Shown here: positions 38,076 through 46,537 of the stretch, piece after piece
How positions within the stretch are numbered: position 1 is the first letter of the stretch
How the letters are laid out: each line of letters opens with the position of its first letter
From: Verrucomicrobiota bacterium
GTDB taxonomy: Bacteria; Verrucomicrobiota; Verrucomicrobiia; Limisphaerales; CANJXF01
Length of the DNA stretch: 57,008 bases
NCBI GenBank assembly: GCA_038214755.1
Contig: JBBQRQ010000023.1
Location: 1 to 57,008, forward strand
Reading direction: 5' to 3'
Program-made: the position numbers and the translations under genes
Notes under the pieces: generated by a model
The model's database searches: none
Seen by the model: the letters and a program-made list of their open reading frames with translations, nothing else
Told to the model about the DNA's origin: nothing

Positions 38076-40055
38076 ATGAATCGAATCCATTTACTCTCTG
38101 AACAGGTCGCCAACCAAATCGCCGCGGGCGAAGTCGTGGAACGGCCCGCCAGCGTCGTAAAAGAACTGGTGGAAAACGCGCTTGATGCCAAGGCCACTCG
38201 CGTCACCGTGGAAATTCAGGCGGGCGGACGCAGTATGATTCGCGTGACTGACGACGGTTTTGGCATGAGCAAAGACGACGCGCTTCTCTGTCTCGAACGT
38301 CACGCCACCAGCAAGATTCAGCGCGCGGAAGATTTGAGCGCGATTGCCACGATGGGTTTTCGAGGAGAAGCGTTGCCGAGCATCGCCAGCGTGAGCCGGT
38401 TTAATCTCACCACGCGCGAGCGCGACAACCCCGCCCCCGATGGAACGCAAATCACGATCAACGGCGGGAAAATTCTGGAAGTTAAATCTGCCAGCGGCGC
38501 GACCGGAACCAGTGTGGAGGTGCGGCAACTTTTTTTCAATTTGCCGGCGCGAAGAAAATTTTTGCGCAGCGAAGAAACCGAATTCGCGCACATTCAACAT
38601 TACCTCACGCTCGCCGCGCTCGCGTATCCCGAAGTCGCTTTCACATTTTTAAAAGATGGCCGCTTCGTCTGGCAACTGCCGCCCGCGAAAGTTGAAAACA
38701 ATTTGGAATCGCGTACCGGCGCCTTGCGCGAGCGAATGCGCGCGCTGCTCGGGGGCGAAATAAAATTATTGCCCGTCGATTTCTCCGGCGACTTGCCTGA
38801 AGCCAACGAGTCGGATGAAAATTCGCCAGTCGAAATTCGTCATTCGTCATTTCATTTGTGGGGTTTTATCGGCGCGCCCGGCGTTTCCCGCTCGACCCGC
38901 GAAGATCAAAACATTTTTGTCAATCGCCGTCCGGTGGAAAATCGCGGACTGAATTTCGCGTTGCTGGAAGGCTATCGCACCGCGCTGATGAAAGGCCGCT
39001 ATCCGGTCTGCTGTTTATTTCTCGAAATCGATCCCGGCGAAGTGGACGTGAACATCCATCCGTCCAAACGCGAAGTGAAATTTCACCAGGAGCGAGCCGT
39101 GCGACAATTGGTGGCGGAGGCGATTCGCGAAACCCTTTTGAACTTTCACGGCGAGGCTGAAGCCCAGCGGAGATTGATCCGCGGGCAGTGGCAGAAGCCA
39201 AAGCGCGTCGATGCCATTGGAACAACTTTTGAGGTCACATCGACCCCCGAGTTCTCCACACCATCGCTTCCCGAATTTCCGTCGCCGCTGAAACCCGCGA
39301 TTGAATGGCCAACGCGATCCGTCGCGCAGCCGCCATTGAAAATGGGATTCTCTGCGTCGAAACCGAATCCGCCTGCGCTCGCCTCCATTTTCTCTCGTCC
39401 ATCGCCGACACCCGTCAAAGCACTTTCGACGCCTCTCGCCCCACCTTCGCTCGATCCGGTGCCGCTGCTGCGCGTTCCGTTGCGGCTGATCGGCGTGGTC
39501 GGAAAACTTTATGTCGTGCTGGAATCGGATCGCGGATTGGTTTTGCTGGATCAACACGCGGCGCACGAGAGGATTTTGTTCGAGCAAATGTTGCGGCGAT
39601 TGGAAGAACACGGGAATGCCATGTCGCAACGTTTGCTTTTGCCGGAGACGATTGAGCTTTCCGCGAAGGATGGAAATTTTCTGCGTCAACAATTGCCCTC
39701 GCTCACGCGGCTGGGAGTTGGTTTGAGCGAATTTGGCGAACGCACTTTTCTCCTCGATGCGCTGCCGCCGTTTGTGAAAGTTTCCGACCCGCGCCGTTTT
39801 ATTTTGGAATTGATCGATGAATTGAAAGCGGCTGGTCAAAGCGTCAACGCCTTGCGCCTGGGCGAACAGACCGTGGCGAAAACGGTTTGCCGTCACGCGG
39901 TCAAGGCGAACGATTTTCTGGCGCGCGCCGAATTGGAAAGTTTGGTGGAGGATTTGCGCCACTGCGCGATGCCTTACACTTGCCCGCACGGACGCCCGAC
40001 GCTCATCGAAATGAATTTCCGCGAGTTGGAAAAGAAATTCGGAAGGACCCAATAG
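38076..40055 (+). CDS. mutL: DNA mismatch repair endonuclease MutL
   Basis: IAAGEVVERP, HATSK, GFRGEAL, DQHAAHERILFE, CPHGRP. Confidence 0.98.
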   Translation: MNRIHLLSEQVANQIAAGEVVERPASVVKELVENALDAKATRVTVEIQAGGRSMIRVTDDGFGMSKDDALLCLERHATSKIQRAEDLSAIATMGFRGEALPSIASVSRFNLTTRERDNPAPDGTQITINGGKILEVKSASGATGTSVEVRQLFFNLPARRKFLRSEETEFAHIQHYLTLAALAYPEVAFTFLKDGRFVWQLPPAKVENNLESRTGALRERMRALLGGEIKLLPVDFSGDLPEANESDENSPVEIRHSSFHLWGFIGAPGVSRSTREDQNIFVNRRPVENRGLNFALLEGYRTALMKGRYPVCCLFLEIDPGEVDVNIHPSKREVKFHQERAVRQLVAEAIRETLLNFHGEAEAQRRLIRGQWQKPKRVDAIGTTFEVTSTPEFSTPSLPEFPSPLKPAIEWPTRSVAQPPLKMGFSASKPNPPALASIFSRPSPTPVKALSTPLAPPSLDPVPLLRVPLRLIGVVGKLYVVLESDRGLVLLDQHAAHERILFEQMLRRLEEHGNAMSQRLLLPETIELSAKDGNFLRQQLPSLTRLGVGLSEFGERTFLLDALPPFVKVSDPRRFILELIDELKAAGQSVNALRLGEQTVAKTVCRHAVKANDFLARAELESLVEDLRHCAMPYTCPHGRPTLIEMNFRELEKKFGRTQ

Positions 40056-40060
40056 CGATT

Positions 40061-40130
40061 GGGTAGCATCTGCCTCCGGCGGGTGCGGATCAAAAATTGT
40101 TTTCGCACCCGCCGGAGGCAGATGCAACCC
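40061..40130. repeat. GTAG-type hairpin between convergent mutL and metF (possible bidirectional terminator)
   Basis: gggtagcatctgcctccggcgggtgcg / cgcacccgccggaggcagatgcaaccc. The same arm occurs near 41084, 46154 and 46333. Confidence 0.8.
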
Positions 40131-40145
40131 GTTGAAATGATTTAT

Positions 40146-41033
40146 CTAAACCAATTTTAGATTCGTCAGAATTTGTGTGGCTGGCCCGGATTTGTTCAAC
40201 GTGTAAAAGTGAAGCCCTGGAACGCCCGCGCGCAAAAGTTCTTCGCATTGGCCCGTCGCATATTGAATTCCAAATTCGGAAACGGCCCCGTCGTCATCAC
40301 CGAGTTCATCGAGCCGGGCCATCAGCTTCGCCGGAATTTTTGCGCCGCAAAGAGCGGTGAACTTTTTGATTTGTGACGCGCTTTGAATCGGCAAAATGCC
40401 CGGCACAATTGGCACAGCGACGCCAAGCTTTTTTAAATAGTCACGAAATTCAAAAAAGTCGTTGTTATCGAAAAAAAGTTGGGTCAGGACGAAATCCGCG
40501 CCGCAATCGATCTTCGCTTTCAATCTGTCCCAATCAATTTCCTTGCCTTCTTTGCAGGCGATATGGCCTTCAGGAAATCCGGCCGTGCCGATGGATAGTT
40601 CGCCCAGTTCCTGAATAAATTTTACGAGTTGCCAGGAGAACTCGAAGCCGCCTTCCGTTTTTTTGAACTCGCCGGTGCCGGGCGGCGGATCGCCGCGCAA
40701 CGCTAAAATATTTTTGATGCCGAGCGAGCGCGCCTGCTCCAAAACTTTGGCGATTTCATCCTGGGTCGCGTTGACGCAAGTGAGATGCGCCATGGCCGGC
40801 AATTTAAAATCGCGCTGAATGCGATGGACGATCATCAACGTTTTGTCACGGGTGCTGCCGCCTGCGCCATAAGTCACCGAGCAAAAATCAGGATGCAATT
40901 TGAGCAGCGCAGGAATTGTTTTCTCGAAAAGATTGCGTTCGCCCTCCTCGGTTTTCGTCGGAAAAAATTCGAGGGAAATGACGGGGCGTTTTGCGGCGCG
41001 GGCCTCGGCGTAAATGTCACGGATGAATCGCAT
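40146..41033 (-). CDS. metF: Methylenetetrahydrofolate reductase
   Basis: SLEFFP, SVTYGAGG, AHLTC, LALRGD, TQLFFD, HFYTLN. Start at ATG 41033. Confidence 0.96.
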   Translation of the reverse strand: MRFIRDIYAEARAAKRPVISLEFFPTKTEEGERNLFEKTIPALLKLHPDFCSVTYGAGGSTRDKTLMIVHRIQRDFKLPAMAHLTCVNATQDEIAKVLEQARSLGIKNILALRGDPPPGTGEFKKTEGGFEFSWQLVKFIQELGELSIGTAGFPEGHIACKEGKEIDWDRLKAKIDCGADFVLTQLFFDNNDFFEFRDYLKKLGVAVPIVPGILPIQSASQIKKFTALCGAKIPAKLMARLDELGDDDGAVSEFGIQYATGQCEELLRAGVPGLHFYTLNKSGPATQILTNLKLV

Positions 41034-41083
41034 TTGATTGAGTATGCGCAGATCGGCGGACGATTCAATCTTTGGGTACCAGC

Positions 41084-41298
41084 GGGTAGCATCTGCCTCC
41101 GGCGGGAGCGAAGACGCTTCGCTGGTGGATTGTTGGATGTTCGATGTTCGATGTTGGATGTTCAATGTTCAGTGTTAGATGTTTAGTTGAATGTTGGTTT
41201 CAACTTTCAAACATCGAACATCCAACATCGAACTCTGAACATCGAATTGAAGAATTCGCATCAATCCAACCCTCCACCAATCCAACCATCCAATCATC
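41084..41298. repeat. REP half-arm plus inverted heptamer arrays and an octamer array
   Basis: (ATGTTSR)n at 41131-41197, inverted (ACATCSA)n at 41211-41246, tccaacca-like octamers at about 41264-41298. Confidence 0.8.
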
Positions 41299-41309
41299 CC
41301 CCCAATCCA

Positions 41310-42116
41310 CTACCCGGTTATGCTCGCGGACTCGCGGCGGCGCTGCGTGAAGCGGCGACAGTTCGTGTAACCCACGGCGCGCGCCAACCGAATTGCTTGC
41401 TCAAAATCCATTCCAACTTCACTCGGGGCGTGAGCGTCGGAACCAAACGTGATCGCCACTTTTTTTTCGTAGGCCAGTGCGAGAATCGCGCGGGTCGGAT
41501 AAATCTCTTTGCAATCTTTGCGCAAGCCGGCGGTATTCAATTCGATGGCGGTGTCCATTTTTTTCGCGGCATCGAGAAACTGCGTGAAAAGTTTTGTGCA
41601 ATCTTCTTTCGGCACGAAACAAAATTTTTTGGGCAAATCAGTGTGGCCAATAATTTCAAACAAACCTGATTCGGCCGCTCGCGTGAGCCGTTCAAAATAA
41701 ACCGACCAAACCTCAAAGGTGTCGCGATTTTTCCAATCGGAAATCCGGGTCGGATCGTCGATCGCCCACGAATCGGAAACGTAATGCACCGAGCCGATGA
41801 AATAATCCCACAAATGTCGCGCGGCTAGATCGCGAATCCATTCTTCGTGGCCGGGAAGATAATCCACTTCGAGGGCGAGTTTGATTTTTAGGTTTGGAAA
41901 ATCTTTTTGCGCTTTGAGAACTTTCTCGACGTATTCATCGAGTTGATCGTTGCGCATTCGCCAATTATCGAAGTCATCGCGCAACATCGGCGAGTGATCG
42001 GAAAAGCCGATTTCTGTCAAACCCACCTCGATCGCGCGCGCGGCATATTCCACTGGCTCGCCGACCGCATGGTGGCAAAGCGGCGTGTGCATGTGGTAAT
42101 CGGGCACCGAAAACAT
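41310..42116 (-). CDS. Histidinol-phosphatase, PHP (HisJ/HisK) family
   Basis: DYHMHT, GFSDH, IGSVH, GHTD, ELNTAG, FGSDAH. Confidence 0.9.
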   Translation of the reverse strand: MFSVPDYHMHTPLCHHAVGEPVEYAARAIEVGLTEIGFSDHSPMLRDDFDNWRMRNDQLDEYVEKVLKAQKDFPNLKIKLALEVDYLPGHEEWIRDLAARHLWDYFIGSVHYVSDSWAIDDPTRISDWKNRDTFEVWSVYFERLTRAAESGLFEIIGHTDLPKKFCFVPKEDCTKLFTQFLDAAKKMDTAIELNTAGLRKDCKEIYPTRAILALAYEKKVAITFGSDAHAPSEVGMDFEQAIRLARAVGYTNCRRFTQRRRESASITG

Positions 42117-42216
42117 TCGCGAAGTAAAAAGTAAAAAGCAAAAAAGGTAAAAGCATTTGTGGAAATTTGCGGCTCCGAGAAAATTGGGAAGCATCGAATC
42201 CGGGAAGCGACTCGCT

Positions 42217-42245
42217 TTGACAGTAGCGATTCCAACTGCTAAATC
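42217..42245 (+). promoter_or_regulatory. Putative sigma-70 promoter, possibly giving a leaderless MNT mRNA
   Basis: TTGACA-17 bp-TAAATC with a TG extension, ending 6 nt before ATG 42252. Confidence 0.4.
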
Positions 42246-42251
42246 CATGAC

Positions 42252-42560
42252 ATGAAGCTGAACTTCAATCGCGAAAAACTTGGGCGTTTCTGCCGGGAAC
42301 GAGGGATCGCCCGGCTCGAATTATTCGGCTCGGGCCTGGGCGAAAATTTACGTCGTGACAGCGACGTGGATTTGCTGGCGACCCTCAGAAAGGACGCTCA
42401 TCCCACGTTGCTCGATTGGGCGGACATGCAGCAGAAACTCGAAGAAATGTTTGGCCGCCCTGTGGATCTGGTTAGCCGCCGCGCCATTGAACGCAGCCGC
42501 AACCGCTACCGAAAATTTTCCATTCTCTCCACGGCGATGCCGATCTATGCCGAGGAATAA
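42252..42560 (+). CDS. MNT nucleotidyltransferase antitoxin
   Basis: LFGS...DSDVDLL...GRPVDLV. Confidence 0.9.
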   Translation: MKLNFNREKLGRFCRERGIARLELFGSGLGENLRRDSDVDLLATLRKDAHPTLLDWADMQQKLEEMFGRPVDLVSRRAIERSRNRYRKFSILSTAMPIYAEE

Positions 42561-42897
42561 CGCATATCTCTCAGATATTCTCGAAGCAGCGAAGGCGATT
42601 CAGCGTTTCACCCATGGAATCTCCCGCGAAGATTTCAAAGCGAACGAGGAAAAATATGAGGCGGTGAATCGGAAGTTCGAGATCATCGGCGAAGCTGCAC
42701 GCCGCTTGTCACCGGATGCTCGCAAGACTTTTCCAGAAATTCCGTGGAAACTCATCACTGCCATGCGAAATATTCTTATCCACGATTACGACGATGTGGA
42801 TTTGGACATCGTTTGGGACACGGCCCAACGCGATCTCCCGCCGTTGATCGCTCGATTAGAACCCTATCTGTCAGGCAATCCGCCTCCGGAACTTTGA
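42547..42897 (+). CDS. HEPN (DUF86/HepT-like) toxin
   Basis: IIGEAA...IPW...MRNILIHDY (RX4HXY). ATG at 42547. Confidence 0.9.
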   Translation: MPRNNAYLSDILEAAKAIQRFTHGISREDFKANEEKYEAVNRKFEIIGEAARRLSPDARKTFPEIPWKLITAMRNILIHDYDDVDLDIVWDTAQRDLPPLIARLEPYLSGNPPPEL

Positions 42898-43078
42898 AAT
42901 TACAAATTACATGGGTTACTTCGATTAAAAAGAATTCGCCCACTACGCGGGAATCCCGTTGAACATATTTGCTCCCTCGGCAGACAAATCGGGTAGAAGA
43001 AAATAAATTTTCGCGCTGGCCGTTTTCTTTAAATTTGGGCGACCGAGTCATTGCGGTTGTACAATGGCTCACGGCCAC

Positions 43079-43384
43079 CTATACGCGCGGCTTGATTCCG
43101 AGATGCTCGGCGATGCTTTTGACGATGACGCCGAGATTCCGGGCGGTGGGATTACCATTGCGATTCAACATCCGGTGCAACGTTTTTTCGCCCAGACCTG
43201 TTTCACGTGCCAATTCTTTGAACGTGATTTCGGCGTGAACCACATCGCGCAGCATCGAAAGTCCCTCGGCAGTTTCGCCTTCGACCAACGCGCTGATCGC
43301 TTCTGCGTAGAGCGCGCGCGCAAATTTGCGGTCGCATTGAATTCGCGCCACAACGGTTTCTTTGTAATCTCGTGTCAGTGCCAT
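43079..43384 (-). CDS. Orphan addiction-module antidote (HTH) protein
   Basis: MALTRDYKETV...LARETGLGEKTLHRML...GNPT. No upstream toxin ORF. Confidence 0.8.
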   Translation of the reverse strand: MALTRDYKETVVARIQCDRKFARALYAEAISALVEGETAEGLSMLRDVVHAEITFKELARETGLGEKTLHRMLNRNGNPTARNLGVIVKSIAEHLGIKPRV

Positions 43385-43506
43385 TTTATGCCTTTGTCTG
43401 TCTTCAAATATCACACTCAGCATTCAATTTCATCTGCTCGTCTCCCCTAATAGAACTTGACCACGCTTCCTTTCCTCCGTTCTATTTACGCCGTTAGGCA
43501 AAATTC

Positions 43507-44532
43507 ATGTTTGCGCAACTTAAAAGCCTGTTTTCCAATGATATCGGGATAGACCTCGGGACAGCGAACTCTCTTGTTTACGTTCGCGATCAAGGAATCG
43601 TTTTGCGGGAACCTTCCGTCGTTGCCATCGAAGCGGGAACCACCAACGTGCTCGCCGTCGGCGAGGAAGCCAAGCGGATGCTCGGACGCACTCCAGGGAA
43701 TATCGTAGCCATTCGGCCCATGAAAGACGGCGTGATCGCCGACTTTGAAATCACCGAAGCGATGCTGCGTCATTTCATTCAAAAGGTTCATCACCGCAAA
43801 TTGATTGCGCCGAGAGTCGTCGTGGCTGTTCCGTCTGGAATTACCGAAGTGGAAAAACGGGCGGTCAAGGATTCCGCAACTCATGCCGGCGCGCGCGAAG
43901 TTTATTTGATCGAGCAACCCATGGCTTCGGCCATCGGTGTCGGTCTTCCGGTCCACGAACCGGCAGGCAACATGATCGTCGATATCGGCGGGGGCACCTG
44001 CGAGATCGCGATTATTTCTCTGGCTGGAATTGTTTTTAGCCGGAGCTTGCGCGTAGGCGGAGATGAATTTGACGAAACAATCGTCGCGCACATGAAGCGC
44101 GCCTACAACTTAATGATTGGTGAACGCACCGCGGAAGAAATCAAAATTCGTATCGGATCTGCTTTTTCCCTGGAGCAAGAATTAACAATGGAAGTCAAAG
44201 GTCGCGATCTCAGCGCCGGTCTGCCCAAAACGCTCACCGTCCGCTCCGAAGAAGTTCGCGAGGCATTGCAAGAACCGCTTTCCAGTATTTTGGAATCGAT
44301 TCGGATTACACTCGAACGTTGTCCCCCCGAACTTTCCGCCGACCTGGTCGAGCGTGGAATCGTGATGGCGGGCGGCGGCGCACTGTTGCGTGGCATAGAT
44401 CGTCTGGTCGCGGAGGAAACCGGTTTGCCGGTCCACATCGCGGACGATCCGCTCAGCGCGGTCGCCGAGGGAACCGGTCGGGTCTTGCAAGAACTCGCCT
44501 TCCTCAAACGAGTCGCTTCTTCCAGAAGTTAA
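43507..44532 (+). CDS. mreB: Rod shape-determining protein MreB
   Basis: [28 protein letters not shown]. Confidence 0.98.
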   Translation: MFAQLKSLFSNDIGIDLGTANSLVYVRDQGIVLREPSVVAIEAGTTNVLAVGEEAKRMLGRTPGNIVAIRPMKDGVIADFEITEAMLRHFIQKVHHRKLIAPRVVVAVPSGITEVEKRAVKDSATHAGAREVYLIEQPMASAIGVGLPVHEPAGNMIVDIGGGTCEIAIISLAGIVFSRSLRVGGDEFDETIVAHMKRAYNLMIGERTAEEIKIRIGSAFSLEQELTMEVKGRDLSAGLPKTLTVRSEEVREALQEPLSSILESIRITLERCPPELSADLVERGIVMAGGGALLRGIDRLVAEETGLPVHIADDPLSAVAEGTGRVLQELAFLKRVASSRS

Positions 44533-44593
44533 TTCTTCAAAGCGTTCACCTCAAATTGTAGCGGCGTCTCTGTGAGCGCCGCAATTGGGTGAA

Positions 44594-45403
44594 ATGTTTA
44601 GAAAGCCGCAATACATCGCATTGGCTTCCGTGGCCGTGGTCGCGCTGATTATTTTTAATCTGCCGAGCCAGACGACATCGCACTTCAAGCTGGCGCTCAG
44701 CGGAATTTTTCTGCCGTTATTCGGTCTCGCGGGTTCCTCGCAACAACTTCTGCAAAAAACGGGCAACACCCTTTTGCCGCGAAATATTTTGAGCAAGGAA
44801 AACGAAAAGCTTCGGCGAGAAAACGAAAAACTGAAAATCCAGGCGATGCAAAACGAGGAATTGTTGCGCGAAAACTCCAGGCTGCGCGATTCGCTGGCGT
44901 GGCAAAAACAAACTTCGTGGAAATTACAACTCGCCCGTGTCATCGCGCGCGACCCCGCGAACTGGTGGCGCACGATCCAAATTGATGTCGGCTCGAATCA
45001 CGGAGTTCGCACCAATCTGCCTGTGCTGACTGCGGAGGGTTTGGCGGGCCGCGTCGCCAACGTCGGCCCAAATCGTTCGCAGGTTTTGCTTTTGGGTGAT
45101 CCCAATTTACGCGTCGCCGCGCTGGTGCAGGACAAAGACGTGCGCGAAAACGGAATCATCATGCCCAGTTCCACTCCGCTCGATAACACCATGGTTGACC
45201 TCCAATATTTTTCGCATAACACCGCGATCAAGCCCGGCCAATCCGTCATCACCAGCGGCGATGGCGGAGTTTTTCCGAGAGGAATTCTCATCGGCCAAAT
45301 CGTCGATATGCGAAACAACAACGTCGGACTTTCGACCGAGGCCCGCGTGAAAATTTCGGCAAATCTAAATTCACTCGAGGAAGTGTGGGTGATGTTTCCA
45401 TGA
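44594..45403 (+). CDS. mreC: Rod shape-determining protein MreC
   Basis: TM, coiled coil ENSRLR, TSGDGGVFPRG, operon position. Confidence 0.93.
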   Translation: MFRKPQYIALASVAVVALIIFNLPSQTTSHFKLALSGIFLPLFGLAGSSQQLLQKTGNTLLPRNILSKENEKLRRENEKLKIQAMQNEELLRENSRLRDSLAWQKQTSWKLQLARVIARDPANWWRTIQIDVGSNHGVRTNLPVLTAEGLAGRVANVGPNRSQVLLLGDPNLRVAALVQDKDVRENGIIMPSSTPLDNTMVDLQYFSHNTAIKPGQSVITSGDGGVFPRGILIGQIVDMRNNNVGLSTEARVKISANLNSLEEVWVMFP

Positions 45404-45429
45404 AAAACTTACGAAGCCATTTGATGAAT

Positions 45430-45563
45430 CGTAGCCGCCGACGTGAGGAGGCGGATTCGTATTTTTCACGCCGAAATTTGCCCCCTCACGTCGGCGGCTA
45501 CGGGATGTCAACGGAAAGAGCCGCTTGGAAAAACTTTGAACTTTGAACCTGAAACTTTGAACT
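45430..45563. repeat. GTAG hairpin plus heptamer array between mreC and mreD
   Basis: cgtagccgccgacgtgagg / cctcacgtcggcggctacg (same family as 30890), then (actttga)n. Confidence 0.8.
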
Positions 45564-45573
45564 CAATGAACCA

Positions 45574-46134
45574 ATGAACGCGCTCAGTCCCATCATCATT
45601 TTGCTCGCGGCGTTTGTGGCGGTTTATTTGCAATCGACGGTTTCATTCTTTCGCGATTTCACCGGCGCACAAATCGACTTGCTCCCGACGCTCGTGGTCT
45701 ACGCAAGTTTGACCACCGGCATCACCACCGTCGCGTTTCTCGCGATTTTCGGCGGACTTTTGTTCGACTCGCTTTCGGCCAATCCGCTCGGCGTTTCTAT
45801 CGTTCCGCTTTTTGTTATTGGCTACGCCATCCACCGGTTTCACGGATTGCTTTTGCGCGAGGAATTTTCCGCGCAGTTCGCGTTTGGCGCATTGGCGAGT
45901 TTGCTCACGCCGTTGCTCACACTTTTAATTTTGCTCAGCGGAAACAGCAATCCGCTGGTGGGGTGGGGAACGATTTGGCAATTTTTTGTAATGTCGCTCG
46001 GCGGCGGTTTGCTCACGCCACTTTGTTTTTTGATTTTGGATCGCATCAATCGCGCGCTGAATTATCAGCCCGCTGCGCAAACCGCGTTCCGCCCAGATCG
46101 CGAAATAAAACGCAATCGTGGCTTAAAATTATGA
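45574..46134 (+). CDS. mreD: Rod shape-determining protein MreD
   Basis: Hydrophobic, GGLLFDSLS...LG motif, operon position. Confidence 0.85.
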   Translation: MNALSPIIILLAAFVAVYLQSTVSFFRDFTGAQIDLLPTLVVYASLTTGITTVAFLAIFGGLLFDSLSANPLGVSIVPLFVIGYAIHRFHGLLLREEFSAQFAFGALASLLTPLLTLLILLSGNSNPLVGWGTIWQFFVMSLGGGLLTPLCFLILDRINRALNYQPAAQTAFRPDREIKRNRGLKL

Positions 46135-46481
46135 ACAGCGCATTTCACAGTACGGGTAGCATCTGCCTCCGGCGGGTGCGAAGAAACGTATTCGGAGCGC
46201 CGATCTCCCGATCGGCACGGACCGGCACTCACGGCAGCGAGCCGATCAGGAGATCGGCGTTCCGTTTCGCCCGGATCGCGAAATCAAACGCAAATCGCGG
46301 ATTAAAATTATGAAGGGCGAATTTCACAACACGGGTAGCATCTGCCTCCGGCGGGTGCGAAGAAACGTATTCGGAGCGCCGATCTCCCGATCGGCACGGA
46401 CCGGCACTCACGGCAGCGAGCCGATCAGAAGATCGGCGTTCCGAAAAATGGCTTCGCACCCGCCGGAGGCAGATGCTACCC
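46087..46481 (+). repeat. About 179-bp tandem duplication of the mreD tail plus a nested REP element
   Basis: 46087-46264 versus 46265-46443. Only the second copy is closed by the outer right arm (46453-46481). Confidence 0.9.
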
Positions 46482-46537
46482 GGTCTTTGATTCGGAGTCC
46501 GTCGGTGGGAGGCACTCAGTCTTTGATTTATTAAAGC

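Noticed and set aside
41034..41309. SAM riboswitch upstream of metF
   Set aside because: No recognisable SAM aptamer; the region is made of REP and short tandem repeats.
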